Source of the DNA: Candidatus Omnitrophota bacterium
Lineage (GTDB): Bacteria; Omnitrophota; Gorgyraeia; Gorgyraeales; Gorgyraeaceae
Length of the DNA stretch: 64,000 bases
NCBI GenBank assembly: GCA_026387235.1
Contig: JAPLMD010000069.1
Span: 26,920 to 90,919 of the forward strand
Direction of reading: 5' to 3'
The notes under the pieces are model-generated. The model saw nothing but the letters and a program-made list of their open reading frames with translations, did not search any database and had not been told where the DNA came from. Shown in pieces: positions 1 through 9,963 of this stretch. Position 1 is the stretch's first letter; each line of letters opens with the position of its first letter. Position numbers and translations under genes: made by a program.

Positions 1-2256
1 CAGGATAAGATATTCATACATAGAGACCTATCCAGGTTTTTTTATCCTTTAAGGGAATTCAGCGCAAATGAGTTTTTAAAGTTCAAAATACCTCTCTGGG
101 ACCCGTATATACATTGCGGGAGCCCGCATCTGGCAGAACTCCAGACATGCGTATTCTATCCTCTCAGCGTAATATACCTGTTATTTTCTTATCCAAATGC
201 ATTTAATTATTTCATAATAATCCATATTTTCCTGGCGGGTTTATTTATCTATATTTTAATGAAGGAGTGGAGGCATTCTAACTATGCATGCTTTTTATCC
301 GCATCGGTTTTTATGTTCTCAGGTTATATAATTTCCGTAATAAATCTTTTGGCTTCGCTTGCTTCAGTCATATGGCTTCCGCTGGTAATTTTATTTTACG
401 AAAGGGCGTTAAAAAAAGATTGGGCCAAAAATTCTATCATTACAGGCATATTCATGACTCTGATGTTTACGGGAGGAGAGCCTGTGATTTTATATGCCAC
501 GTTTTTTATCTTGTTTTTAATTAATGGGGCGGATCGCTCGAACAATATTGGTATTCTTCGAGCGAAGTCGAGAAGTATGTTGTTAGCTACTATAGTTTTC
601 CTAGGGCTTGCAAGTTTTCAGATCCTGCCTTTTTTAGAATTTTTAAAGCACACATCAAGAAACCTGATGGATTTCAACGAAGCCTCTATGTGGTCTTTGC
701 CCGTGTATGCGCTTTCAGATTTATTTATTCCCTACTTAAGCGAATCAGATTATATATATAAGAATTACTGGACCAGGCAGAGCTGGCTTTTGGTTTATTA
801 TATGGGCATAGCTGTAATCATATTTGCGTTTATAGCTTTAAAATTTGATTCTACAAAAAGAAGAAAGACAATTTTTTATATCCTGGCGTTGGGCCTTGTG
901 CTTTCTTTCGGCAGATATACGCCTTTTTATTATCTTTTATATAATTTTCTCCCTGGTTTTAGCCTTTCCAGATATCCGATAAAGTTCTTTTTTATAGTAG
1001 CGTTTTCTCTGGCGATTCTGGCAGGAATAGGCATGGATTATTACAGGCAGCATGCCAGAACGAATGCAGATTTCGGAAAATTTTTAAAATTTATTTTGGC
1101 TACAGGGTTCGCGGCTTCGTTTTTGTATCTTGTATTCAGTCTGAATTTTTACGGCATCTGCGATTTTTTAAGAGACAGCATATTAAATGTTGCAGGTAAT
1201 CTAGGCGGTAAAAAAGATAATGTCGGACAACTGGTTCTCGCAGGCGGCCATAATATAAAAAGGGGCATAGGTTTATTTATGTTTTTATCAGTGGTTATGT
1301 TTTTCGGCATCAAAAAGCGGATAAGCATGAAAGCAGTTTTATCTTTTATTTTATTAATAGCCCTGGTCGATGTATTTATGGCAAATAAAAATGTATATCA
1401 AAATATGAGCATAAAGGAGTTTTTAAAACCTGGCGGTTCAATAGAATTTTTACAGCATGACAAAGCCCTTTTCAGGATATTCGATTCTCCGGCCACGCTT
1501 AGGCAGAATATGTTTGTGCCTGAGAGGGACTATTTTGAAGGCATGTCAGGCCTTAAAGAGAGGGTGGCCTCAGATAGAGGCGTGAGTTTCGGCATATATG
1601 ACGCATATGGCTATGGATCGCTTTACAATAGAAGACACGAAGAGGTTTTAGATATTATCGGAAGCCGAAAGACGCCCGATGAAACAAATCTTTTGAATCT
1701 ATTAAATGTAAAATATATAATCTCGCCCAAGGACTTGAAAATAAACGGATACAGGATGGTGAAGAAGGCTGAGAAGGCAAATATCTATGAGAACGAAAAT
1801 TATTTACCGAGGGCGTTCCTGGCAGATAAGGCAATTGTTATTAAAGATGAGAAAAAGATTCTGGAGTTTATGAAGAGTAAAGATTTTAACCCGGCTAGAG
1901 AAGTGATATTAGAAGAGGATTTTTCTTATGCGGCAGACCGAGCGAAGCGAATAAGCCGGGAAGAATCGGTGAATATTTTAAAATATTCACCAAATTATGT
2001 TGAAATAGAAGCTGTTGCGGGCGAATCTAAGTTTCTGATATTGAGCGATACGTATTATCCCGGGTGGAAGGCGGCCGTGGATGAAGAGCCGGGTAAGATT
2101 TACAGGGCAGATTATATTTTACGCGCAGTTTATATTAAACCGGGCAGGCATATCGTGAGGTTTACATATGACCCGTTTTCGTTTAGAATAGGCGCCATAA
2201 TAACGTTAGTTACAATAGGGGCTTTACTGGGATTATGGATAAAAAGATTATTATAG
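1..2256 (+). CDS. YfhO-family polytopic membrane protein (GT-C-like glycosyltransferase), 5'-truncated by the window
   Basis: Frame open from base 1 (DLSRFFYP..PLWDPY..GSPHLA..FYPL); many TM segments; C-terminal LILSDTYYPGWKAAVD..PGRHIVRFTY typical of YfhO. Confidence 0.8.
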   Translation, partial: QDKIFIHRDLSRFFYPLREFSANEFLKFKIPLWDPYIHCGSPHLAELQTCVFYPLSVIYLLFSYPNAFNYFIIIHIFLAGLFIYILMKEWRHSNYACFLSASVFMFSGYIISVINLLASLASVIWLPLVILFYERALKKDWAKNSIITGIFMTLMFTGGEPVILYATFFILFLINGADRSNNIGILRAKSRSMLLATIVFLGLASFQILPFLEFLKHTSRNLMDFNEASMWSLPVYALSDLFIPYLSESDYIYKNYWTRQSWLLVYYMGIAVIIFAFIALKFDSTKRRKTIFYILALGLVLSFGRYTPFYYLLYNFLPGFSLSRYPIKFFFIVAFSLAILAGIGMDYYRQHARTNADFGKFLKFILATGFAASFLYLVFSLNFYGICDFLRDSILNVAGNLGGKKDNVGQLVLAGGHNIKRGIGLFMFLSVVMFFGIKKRISMKAVLSFILLIALVDVFMANKNVYQNMSIKEFLKPGGSIEFLQHDKALFRIFDSPATLRQNMFVPERDYFEGMSGLKERVASDRGVSFGIYDAYGYGSLYNRRHEEVLDIIGSRKTPDETNLLNLLNVKYIISPKDLKINGYRMVKKAEKANIYENENYLPRAFLADKAIVIKDEKKILEFMKSKDFNPAREVILEEDFSYAADRAKRISREESVNILKYSPNYVEIEAVAGESKFLILSDTYYPGWKAAVDEEPGKIYRADYILRAVYIKPGRHIVRFTYDPFSFRIGAIITLVTIGALLGLWIKRLL
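534..575. repeat. REP-like palindromic element inside the YfhO ORF
   Basis: tcgctcgaacaata/tattcttcgagcga inverted repeat; 552-575 is the reverse complement of 28106-28145 apart from a 16-nt insert there. Confidence 0.7.
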
Positions 2257-2921
2257 TGATGCCAGCTTATAATGCGGAATTGACCCTGGAAAAGACATGC
2301 CGGGATATACCAAAAGGGCTTGTCAGCGAGGTTATACTCTGCGATGACGAAAGCAAAGACAGGACTGTTGAGATAGCTAAAGAACTGGGGCTTACTGTAT
2401 TGATTCACGATAATAATAAAGGCTATGGAGGAAATCAGAAAACATTATATAAAGAAGCGCTTACAAAAAATCCGGATGTCGTAGTAATGCTTCATCCTGA
2501 TTATCAGTATGATTCAAAAAAGATACCGGATCTTATACAGCCTATATTGGATAATAAGGCTGATATTGTGCTGGGTTCAAGGATTTTAGGAAAAGGCGCA
2601 TTAAAAGGAGGCATGCCTGTTTATAAATATATTTCAAACAGGTTTCTTACATTCTGTGAAAATAAAAGGCTGGGGTTAAACCTCTCGGAATACCACACAG
2701 GCCTTAGGGCTTACACGAGGGATTTTCTGGAAAAGGTCAACTGGCAGGATAACTCAGATGATTTTTTATTTGACGGCCAGATCCTGATAAAAGCAGCTAG
2801 GTTGGGGCTTAGGATAGCGGAGATCCCTATTGAAACAAGATATTTTAAAGAGGCATCGCAGGTTGGATTTTTTGCTGGTATTAAATATGGGCTTGGTATA
2901 TTATGGGAATTAACAAAATGA
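2235..2921 (+). CDS. GT2 glycosyltransferase (polyprenol-phosphate glycosyltransferase/DPM1-like)
   Basis: VMPAYNAE, DDESKDRT, NKGYGG, HPDYQY, IVLGSR motifs. Confidence 0.9.
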   Translation: MDKKIIIVMPAYNAELTLEKTCRDIPKGLVSEVILCDDESKDRTVEIAKELGLTVLIHDNNKGYGGNQKTLYKEALTKNPDVVVMLHPDYQYDSKKIPDLIQPILDNKADIVLGSRILGKGALKGGMPVYKYISNRFLTFCENKRLGLNLSEYHTGLRAYTRDFLEKVNWQDNSDDFLFDGQILIKAARLGLRIAEIPIETRYFKEASQVGFFAGIKYGLGILWELTK

Positions 2922-3415
2922 AAAACCACAAAGGCTTTACATTAACAGAACTCGTGATGCTGATAGTTATAATAGGTATAGTTGCGCTGGTTGCTATGCC
3001 AAAGGCTAGTACAGGATCAGCTGTGAGGCTGGAGGCAGCTTGCCAGAAAATTGCCTCTGATTTAAGATATGCTCAAGAAATGTCTTTAGCCCAGCAGGTG
3101 AGATTAGGGATATCTTTTGATCCTGTGAACGAAGCTTATTTTGTTTACAGAGTAAATGTAGGTACAGTAGCTAGCGATCCTCAAACAAGAAATAATTTTA
3201 ATGTTTCATTTGTTACTCTTAATGAATTTAAAGGTATAGATATAGCCAGCACAAGTTTCAACAATAAGGTAGAGTTTGATTCAGTAGGCGCTCCGTATGA
3301 TGGGAATGGAGTTATTTTATCAAGCCAGGGCGTTATAACTCTTCAGGCTCAGGGAGGGGTGTATTCAAGGACAGTAAGGATAGAAGCTAAAACAGGCAAG
3401 GTAAGCGTGCAATGA
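2918..3415 (+). CDS. Minor pilin/pseudopilin, FimT/GspH-like
   Basis: Class III signal KG|FTLTELV, then DLRYAQ; ATG at 2918 overlaps the upstream stop. Confidence 0.8.
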   Translation: MKNHKGFTLTELVMLIVIIGIVALVAMPKASTGSAVRLEAACQKIASDLRYAQEMSLAQQVRLGISFDPVNEAYFVYRVNVGTVASDPQTRNNFNVSFVTLNEFKGIDIASTSFNNKVEFDSVGAPYDGNGVILSSQGVITLQAQGGVYSRTVRIEAKTGKVSVQ

Positions 3416-3792
3416 GAGGTTTTACTTTAATAGAGACAGTTATTGGGATAGTGGTGATAGGGATAATAGCTTTGGGGTTATTCGCTACGTTTACAGGGGT
3501 ATTTACTAATGCGGCCAGGGATGAAGTGGTGAGCGTAGCTACTGTGCTAGCGAGAGGAGAAATGGAAAGGGTGACACGCTTGAGCTTTGCAAGCGTGGTT
3601 GACCAAAACAGGGGATCCCCTGTAAGTTTCGGAGGGAATTTCGCTAATTATTCCTGGCAGATAAGGGTGGATGCTGTGCCTGTAGGAATCGCTAATGACC
3701 CAGGCATGATTAATTATAAACAAGTAGAATCAAGAGTGACAAATCCTATAGTGGGAGATATTGGCTTAAAAACTATTGTAACTAATAATTGA
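3412..3792 (+). CDS. Minor pilin, PilV/GspI-like
   Basis: RG|FTLIE prepilin motif; short globular domain. Confidence 0.75.
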   Translation: MRGFTLIETVIGIVVIGIIALGLFATFTGVFTNAARDEVVSVATVLARGEMERVTRLSFASVVDQNRGSPVSFGGNFANYSWQIRVDAVPVGIANDPGMINYKQVESRVTNPIVGDIGLKTIVTNN

Positions 3793-3793
3793 A

Positions 3794-4291
3794 ATGAAAA
3801 AAGAAAAAGGTTTTACTTTAATAGAAGTAATTATAGTAATAACAATAGTGGGGATTGTTTCAGTTATAATAGGATCCATGCTACTGGGGGTTGTGAAAGC
3901 GTGGACGTTTAAAATTAACAGGAACGATATATTATGGGATGGCAGGCTTGCAATAAACAGGATGACAAGGGAGATAAGGACTGTCAGGAATGATGCAAGC
4001 GTTACAACAGCGTCTTCAAGCCAATTTAGATTTATTGATTCAGCGAATATAGATATCACTTACAGCCTGAGCAGTGCGAATTTAAACAGGACTGAAAACG
4101 GGACTGCGAATTTATTGGCAGAAAACGTATCCAGCCTCAGTTTTACTTATTATGACGCAGCAGGAACTGTTATCCCGAGTCCTACGGTGAGCCCTACGAC
4201 TGATATAAAAAGGGTAAGGATAAATCTTACATTTACTAAAAATGGCCAAACTTTCTATTTACAATCAGATAGTATGCCGAGGAATTTCTAA
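3794..4291 (+). CDS. Minor pilin, PilW/GspJ-like
   Basis: KG|FTLIE motif; RMTREIR helix. Confidence 0.75.
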   Translation: MKKEKGFTLIEVIIVITIVGIVSVIIGSMLLGVVKAWTFKINRNDILWDGRLAINRMTREIRTVRNDASVTTASSSQFRFIDSANIDITYSLSSANLNRTENGTANLLAENVSSLSFTYYDAAGTVIPSPTVSPTTDIKRVRINLTFTKNGQTFYLQSDSMPRNF

Positions 4292-4691
4292 TAAAGGCAT
4301 ATCGCTGGTAGCTGTAGTTATTGTGATGCTGATAGCTGCAGCGCTTGCTTTGTTTATAGCTTCTTCAATGTCGTCAGGCAATATATCAGCTGTAACAGAC
4401 ATGCAGTCTGAACAGGCATTTTATATTGCCCAGGCAGGAATGGAGTGGTATTTAGAACAGTTGGAGGGGGATAATAACTGGAAGAGTCCGCCTACAGTAA
4501 AAACTAATCAGACATTTGGAGCAGGCGCATTCAGCGTGACTTATGCCAATGAAGATACGAAAGATATAGATGTAACTAGCACAGGCAAAGTTACTGGGTG
4601 GGATGGAAATACAGTTCAACGGGTTATAACATGCCATGTAAATGAGCACGGCCATGACATAATAACTTCTCTATGGCAGGAAACATTATAG
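4242..4691 (+). CDS. PilX/GspK-like minor pilin (start uncertain)
   Basis: KG|ISLVA lacking Glu5; QAFYIAQAGMEW PilX motif. Confidence 0.7.
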   Translation: MAKLSIYNQIVCRGISNKGISLVAVVIVMLIAAALALFIASSMSSGNISAVTDMQSEQAFYIAQAGMEWYLEQLEGDNNWKSPPTVKTNQTFGAGAFSVTYANEDTKDIDVTSTGKVTGWDGNTVQRVITCHVNEHGHDIITSLWQETL

Positions 4692-4694
4692 TTA

Positions 4695-4703
4695 TGGTAT
4701 AAT
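4695..4703 (+). promoter_or_regulatory. Extended -10 promoter (TGnTATAAT), possibly leaderless pilM transcript
   Basis: tggtataat ends 8 nt before ATG 4712; no Shine-Dalgarno. Confidence 0.45.
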
Positions 4704-4711
4704 CTGACAAT

Positions 4712-6250
4712 ATGAATGCAGGCATTTTAGAAAAACTCAAAAAAGAATACAAGTCGCTTCTCATAGGCATGGGCATAGGTTCCAGGTCTGCTAATTTTAT
4801 AGGTTTGGATATCGGGTCCAGGCATTTCAGGGCTGTAAGGGTTAAAAAGACAGGAGATGGTTTCTCGGTTTTGGATACATTGGTCGACAGCATAGAAAAG
4901 TTAGGGAATTTCCCGGTTAAAATGGCCGTAAAAGACGATGAAGAAGTATGCGTAAATTTAAATTCCGAAGGCGTTATTATAAAAAGGCTAAGCATACCTG
5001 TAATGCCTCATGAAGAGATTGAGAGCGCTCTTCGGTGGGAATTAAAAGAAGGTGTTGATTTTGATATTGATAAGGCCAAAATAAAATTTAATGTCCTAGG
5101 AGAAAAAGAAACAGAGGACGGCGCGAAAAAGATAGAATTGATTGTTTTTGCTTATCAGGAGCTCGGCGTAGAATCAAAAGTAAAGCAATTAAAAGAGATC
5201 GGCTTAAACGTGCAGAACGTAGTGCCTCTGGATTTCGCCCTGGCTAGATATTTAAGTAATTCAAAAATTATTCCTGAAAATGAAAAGGCTGCGATTGTAG
5301 ACATAGGCAGCGTGAAAACAATTATTTCTATAATTGAAAAGGGCAGGGTTTATTTTACAAGAGATATAGCGATAGGCGGGGACGCTATAACAGAGGCTAT
5401 GACAGGCGCTACTATGTCAGAAAAAGGCAGAATGGAATTATCCAGGGAAAATGCTGAGAAGATGAAAATCGAAAATGGCATTCCCGATGATATGAAAGCG
5501 CTGGCTATGATAAGGCCTATATTGGAAAAGCTTGCGAGTCAGATAAAAAGTTCCCTGGAATACTATGAACAGCATTTTCATGAAAAAGGTGTTAAAAGAA
5601 TAATACTGGCGGGCAACGGCTCCAGATTGAAAGGCCTTAGGGAGTACATTATTAAGGAAACAGGCGTAGAGGTGTTGGCAATATTGCCTGAAGAGGCAGG
5701 AGCCATAGGCCTTGCCTTGAGCACCGGCTTGAACTTGAATATGCTTCCTGAAAAATTCAGGTCAGAGGGTCAGAAGGCGCTGAAGAGATTTTCTGTCAGG
5801 TTGTCTGCCATTATTTTAGCGGGTATATTGTTATTTTCATACGCTTTATTATGCATACAAGCCATAAACCTCACTAAAGGCGCGGAAATCCAAAGGCAGC
5901 ACTGGAATAATCTCCGGGAGATAAAGATATTAAAGGATAAGATAATAGCGTATAAGTCTGTTATAGATACGATTTCTCTAAACGGCATAAATGCGGGTAA
6001 TATAATGAAAGAAACAAGCAAACTTATTCTTTCTGACATGGCGCTGGATAGGTTTACGATAGATAGTAAAGAGCCTAATATAAGAATAGGCGGGGTTGTA
6101 TTTAAGCAGGATTCGTTGACTGAATTTATGTCAAAACTGGAGTCTAGCCCTCTGTTTCAGAATGTGAAACTTTCTTTCAGCGAAAAAAGCCAATCTTCAG
6201 GTTCGCCGGATGCGGCTACTTTTGAGATAACGGCTAATATAGCAAAATAA
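4712..6250 (+). CDS. pilM: PilM-PilN fusion (type IV pilus/T2SS alignment complex)
   Basis: IGLDIGS and IVDIGS actin-like motifs, then LNMLP + TM helix + PilN-like C-terminus. Confidence 0.8.
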   Translation: MNAGILEKLKKEYKSLLIGMGIGSRSANFIGLDIGSRHFRAVRVKKTGDGFSVLDTLVDSIEKLGNFPVKMAVKDDEEVCVNLNSEGVIIKRLSIPVMPHEEIESALRWELKEGVDFDIDKAKIKFNVLGEKETEDGAKKIELIVFAYQELGVESKVKQLKEIGLNVQNVVPLDFALARYLSNSKIIPENEKAAIVDIGSVKTIISIIEKGRVYFTRDIAIGGDAITEAMTGATMSEKGRMELSRENAEKMKIENGIPDDMKALAMIRPILEKLASQIKSSLEYYEQHFHEKGVKRIILAGNGSRLKGLREYIIKETGVEVLAILPEEAGAIGLALSTGLNLNMLPEKFRSEGQKALKRFSVRLSAIILAGILLFSYALLCIQAINLTKGAEIQRQHWNNLREIKILKDKIIAYKSVIDTISLNGINAGNIMKETSKLILSDMALDRFTIDSKEPNIRIGGVVFKQDSLTEFMSKLESSPLFQNVKLSFSEKSQSSGSPDAATFEITANIAK

Positions 6251-6254
6251 TAAC

Positions 6255-6839
6255 ATGGATAAAAAATTAACAGGGGAAGATAAAAACAATATTTTAACAA
6301 TGTTTATTCTTACGGGCATAACGGTTTTGTTCCTGCAATTTATTTATTTTCCAAAAGTCATGGAAGTTAAAAAGCTTAGCAGAGAGAACAAAAAAACAAG
6401 GTCAGACATAGCGGAACTTTATAATTTTATAGGCGGTCAGGAGAATCTAAAGGATAATATTATTAAGGCGCGCAACTATGCCGCAATCCTTGAAAACGCG
6501 CTCCCTTCCGAAAAAGAGGCATCGAATATAATCAAACAGCTCAATGAAGAGGCTAGGGATTTAAAGGTTAGCGTAATTTCCGTAAAACCGAGAGACCTTT
6601 CAAGCTGTACAGATACGCAGGGTTTACAGCTTAATATTTCCGATCATATATGTAAAAGCATGCCTATCAACTTGAGCGTTGAGGCCAGGTATCAGGCACT
6701 GGGAGATTTTCTGCATAAAATAGAGTTTGACAGAAATCCAATGATGCGCGTCAATAAAGTGGAGATGAGAAAAGATATAAATATATTGCCAAAGATAAAG
6801 GCGGACATAGAGTTAAGTGCCGGCGTGCTGGGAGAATAA
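6255..6839 (+). CDS. pilO: PilO-like protein
   Basis: N-terminal TM, coiled coil, LPSEKE, YQALGDFL. Confidence 0.75.
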   Translation: MDKKLTGEDKNNILTMFILTGITVLFLQFIYFPKVMEVKKLSRENKKTRSDIAELYNFIGGQENLKDNIIKARNYAAILENALPSEKEASNIIKQLNEEARDLKVSVISVKPRDLSSCTDTQGLQLNISDHICKSMPINLSVEARYQALGDFLHKIEFDRNPMMRVNKVEMRKDINILPKIKADIELSAGVLGE

Positions 6840-6840
6840 T

Positions 6841-7272
6841 ATGTTAAAAGACGCGGATGTTAAACAAAGAATAGAATTAACCATAACAGGCATAGGTATA
6901 ATTATTTTTATATTTTTGATTATAAGTTATATGCCTAAATCCAGGGATAAAAGAGTTGTTTTAAAAATCGAACCTTATTCTGCTTCGAAAGTTGCTATGG
7001 CTGTGGCTTCCGAAGTAAAATCCTGGGGGAATACGAGATGGGGCAGAGATCCTTTTTTACTGGATGCTTCTAATGTGAAAGAGCAAGGCATGGAAGACCT
7101 GTCTCTTAATGGGATAGTATCTGATATGGAGAATCCGTATGCCATAATAAATAATGAGGTCATCAAACTGGGCGATACAGTAAACGGGATGACCGTTATT
7201 GAGATTAACGAGAAGAGTGTTGTCCTGGAGCAGGATGGCCAGAAGCATACCCTGGAATTGAACATATATTAG
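6841..7272 (+). CDS. PilP/GspB/GspC-like membrane-anchored protein
   Basis: TM, GRDPF, LNGIV..AIINNE..GDTVNG. Confidence 0.6.
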   Translation: MLKDADVKQRIELTITGIGIIIFIFLIISYMPKSRDKRVVLKIEPYSASKVAMAVASEVKSWGNTRWGRDPFLLDASNVKEQGMEDLSLNGIVSDMENPYAIINNEVIKLGDTVNGMTVIEINEKSVVLEQDGQKHTLELNIY

Positions 7273-7302
7273 CCTTAAGACCATTTCCCGTTTCTTTAAT
7301 TA

Positions 7303-7332
7303 TTGACTTTGGCATATTCTATGTGTTAACAT
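7303..7332 (+). promoter_or_regulatory. Putative sigma70 promoter
   Basis: TTGACT-N18-TAACAT with extended TG. Confidence 0.4.
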
Positions 7333-7341
7333 ACTCTGTCT

Positions 7342-8253
7342 ATGGCTAAGAATAGACCGAGAAGAGTGTTTATTTTTTTACTCTTCAGGCTCATAAGTTT
7401 TATTGTTTTAGCGTTTCCTATCAGAATAGGGCTTATGCTTGGCCAGGCCTTTGGAAGCCTGAGTTTTTATATTCTAAAAAAAGACAGAGAAAAGGCGCTC
7501 AAAAACCTGGACATTGCTTTTGGAGATAGTAAATCTAAGGCAGAAAAAAGAAGCATCGCCAAAAAGGTCTTTGAAAATCTGGGGAAGAATTTTGTAGAGG
7601 TAATATCTATCCCGAAATTTAATAGAGGCAATATAAATAGGTATGTTTCTTGTAATAATATTGGCTTATTAATGCGGTTTGTCCAGGAGAATAAGGGAGC
7701 AATAATACTTTCAGCTCATTTTGGAAATTGGGAACTGCTGGCTCATTACATCTCAATGCAAGGCCTGCCTATAAATGTAATCGCGCGGCGCGCGAGAATG
7801 GATGGGCTTGAGGCGTTTTTGGCCGGGATAAGAAAAAAGAATAATGTAAATGTAATATATAGAGATGCGTCGGCAAAAGAGATAGTAGATTTTTTAAGAA
7901 ATAAAAAATTCGTAGGTATTATGCCTGACCAGGATATGGATAGCGTATCAGGCGTGTTCGTGGATTTTTTCGGAAAAAGCGCGTGGACGCCGAGCGGCCC
8001 GGCTGTTTTAAATCTTTTAACGGGCGTTCCCATAGTCCCGTGCTTTATAGTGCGGAAGCCGTTCGGGCACGAGTTTTTAATTGATGGCCCGGCTGAACTA
8101 GTAAAGACAGGGGATAGGAAAGAAGATATCCTGGAGAACACTCAGAGATACACCAAGATCATAGAAGATTATATAAAAAGATTTCCGGAACACTGGGTTT
8201 GGTTTCATGACCGCTGGAAGACTAAAATATGCGACCAAAGAACTTCGGAATAA
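7342..8253 (+). CDS. Lipid A late acyltransferase (LpxL/HtrB family)
   Basis: HFGNWE, PDQD, VDFFG, WVWFHDRWK. Confidence 0.9.
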   Translation: MAKNRPRRVFIFLLFRLISFIVLAFPIRIGLMLGQAFGSLSFYILKKDREKALKNLDIAFGDSKSKAEKRSIAKKVFENLGKNFVEVISIPKFNRGNINRYVSCNNIGLLMRFVQENKGAIILSAHFGNWELLAHYISMQGLPINVIARRARMDGLEAFLAGIRKKNNVNVIYRDASAKEIVDFLRNKKFVGIMPDQDMDSVSGVFVDFFGKSAWTPSGPAVLNLLTGVPIVPCFIVRKPFGHEFLIDGPAELVKTGDRKEDILENTQRYTKIIEDYIKRFPEHWVWFHDRWKTKICDQRTSE

Positions 8254-9062
8254 CTGTTTTTTTGATATTAATCCTAAACTCGGCATGCGTTGCTGAAGAA
8301 AAAAAAGAAACAGCGCAGCAAGAGGTGAAGGATTTTTCTTTCGTGCAGTATAAAGAAGGTGGTTCCCAGAAGTGGAAAATGAACGGGCGCTCGGCAGAGG
8401 TTTCGGAGAATAAGGTCAATATAGAGTATCTGTCTGCATTGTCTTTCGCCGAAGGCACAATGCTTAAATTGAAAGCTAATAAGGGCGTTTTTGATAAAGG
8501 CGAAAATCTCGTTCATCTCAGCGATAATGTAGTCGCGGCTTCTACTGACGGCACAAAGCTGACCACGGATCATATGGTGTGGGATGCAGAGACAAAAAAT
8601 GTCTCTACTGATGGCAGCGTAAACATAAAAAGGCCTGATATGGAGATTACAGCGAGAGGCGCTACGTGCGACATAGAAGGCAAAACAGCTGAATTAAAAC
8701 AGGACATAAACGCAAAGCTTGTGTCTGATGAATCCGGGATCCCGAATTCTGTGAGCGGCAAGAATCAGACTACTATAACATGCGATGGGCCGTTAGAGTT
8801 GAATTACATGCAGAACAGAGCGTTTTTTCACGGCAACGTAAAGGTAGAAGATTTAAGGGGCAATATCCTGGCGGATCGTTTAGATGTTTATTTCAGCCCT
8901 GAAACAAAACGAGTCAAATGCGTGGTTGCGAGGGGCAACGTAAGAATAATAAATGGAGAAAACGTAACTTACAGCGAAAAGGCGATTTATCTGGTGGATC
9001 AGGGCAGGGTCATACTGCCTAACAGGCCGAAATTGGTTATTCAAAATAATGGATCTAAATAA
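8229..9062 (+). CDS. LptC/LptA-like beta-jellyroll LPS export protein (two domains)
   Basis: N-terminal hydrophobic segment, LptC-like region then OstA-like region (GNVKV, ADRLDVY, ARGNVRI); upstream of lptB. Confidence 0.75.
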   Translation: MRPKNFGITVFLILILNSACVAEEKKETAQQEVKDFSFVQYKEGGSQKWKMNGRSAEVSENKVNIEYLSALSFAEGTMLKLKANKGVFDKGENLVHLSDNVVAASTDGTKLTTDHMVWDAETKNVSTDGSVNIKRPDMEITARGATCDIEGKTAELKQDINAKLVSDESGIPNSVSGKNQTTITCDGPLELNYMQNRAFFHGNVKVEDLRGNILADRLDVYFSPETKRVKCVVARGNVRIINGENVTYSEKAIYLVDQGRVILPNRPKLVIQNNGSK

Positions 9063-9789
9063 TAACGGGCATATTTTAGAAATAAGTAATCTGGTAAAAT
9101 CCTACGACGGAAAAAGGGTTGTGGACAACGTCTGCATGAAGGTAAAACGCGGAGAAGTCGTAGGGCTCTTGGGCCCAAACGGGGCTGGTAAGACAACCAC
9201 ATTTTATATGATAGTGGGAATACTCAGGCCTGACGGCGGAAATATAATTTTTGACGGGAACGATATTACGAAACTTGCTATGTACAGAAGGGCCAGGAAC
9301 GGCATAGGTTATCTTTCGCAGGAACCTTCGATATTCAGGAAACTTACTGTCGAAGAAAATATAATGGCTGTATTGGAGACTCTGAATCTTCCCAGGCAGG
9401 TGCGCATAAACAGATTAAGAGAACTTCTTGAAGAGTTAAGCATAAGCCACCTCGCGAAGAAAAAGGCATACATGCTTTCGGGCGGAGAGAGGCGCAGACT
9501 GGAGATAACAAGGGCGCTTGTTACAAATCCGCTATTTATTCTTCTGGACGAACCTTTCAGCGGCATAGACCCCATTGCAGTGGCTGATGCGCAGGATATC
9601 ATAGGCGAATTAAAAAATAAAGGCCTTGGAGTACTTCTGACAGATCACAATGTCAGAGAAACGCTTGAAATAACAGACCATTCGTATATAATGGCACAAG
9701 GAAAGGTAATTATTTCCGGCACAAAAGAAGTGCTGGTTAATGATCCAAAGGCGAGAGAACTATATTTAGGAGAGAAATTCAGGTTATAA
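9049..9789 (+). CDS. lptB: LPS export ABC ATPase
   Basis: GPNGAGKTT, LSGGERRRLEI, LDEPFSGIDP, TDHNVRETL, YLGEKF. Confidence 0.95.
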   Translation: MDLNNNGHILEISNLVKSYDGKRVVDNVCMKVKRGEVVGLLGPNGAGKTTTFYMIVGILRPDGGNIIFDGNDITKLAMYRRARNGIGYLSQEPSIFRKLTVEENIMAVLETLNLPRQVRINRLRELLEELSISHLAKKKAYMLSGGERRRLEITRALVTNPLFILLDEPFSGIDPIAVADAQDIIGELKNKGLGVLLTDHNVRETLEITDHSYIMAQGKVIISGTKEVLVNDPKARELYLGEKFRL

Positions 9790-9797
9790 ATGAGGCC

Positions 9798-9885
9798 ATG
9801 ACTTATGGAGTCCGCAGGACGACATAAGTCATATGGCTGAATTTATCCCTCGCAGCACGATGAAAAATCTATAGCTGCTCGGGAT
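9798..9885. repeat. Two hairpins in the lptB-tig spacer, including a CCCTCG...CTCGGG element
   Basis: atgacttatg/cataagtcat stem (9798-9832); atccctcgcagc...gctgctcgggat (9845-9885). Confidence 0.6.
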
Positions 9886-9963
9886 TAATTCGCACTTCAT
9901 GTAAAAACAGAAAGGAGATTGTTTTACAAAAATCATAGATTTTCGTAAAACAAGTGCTCATTA

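Noticed and set aside
9790-9963. Possible tRNA upstream of tig
   Set aside because: No cloverleaf, T-loop GTTC or CCA end; only hairpins.
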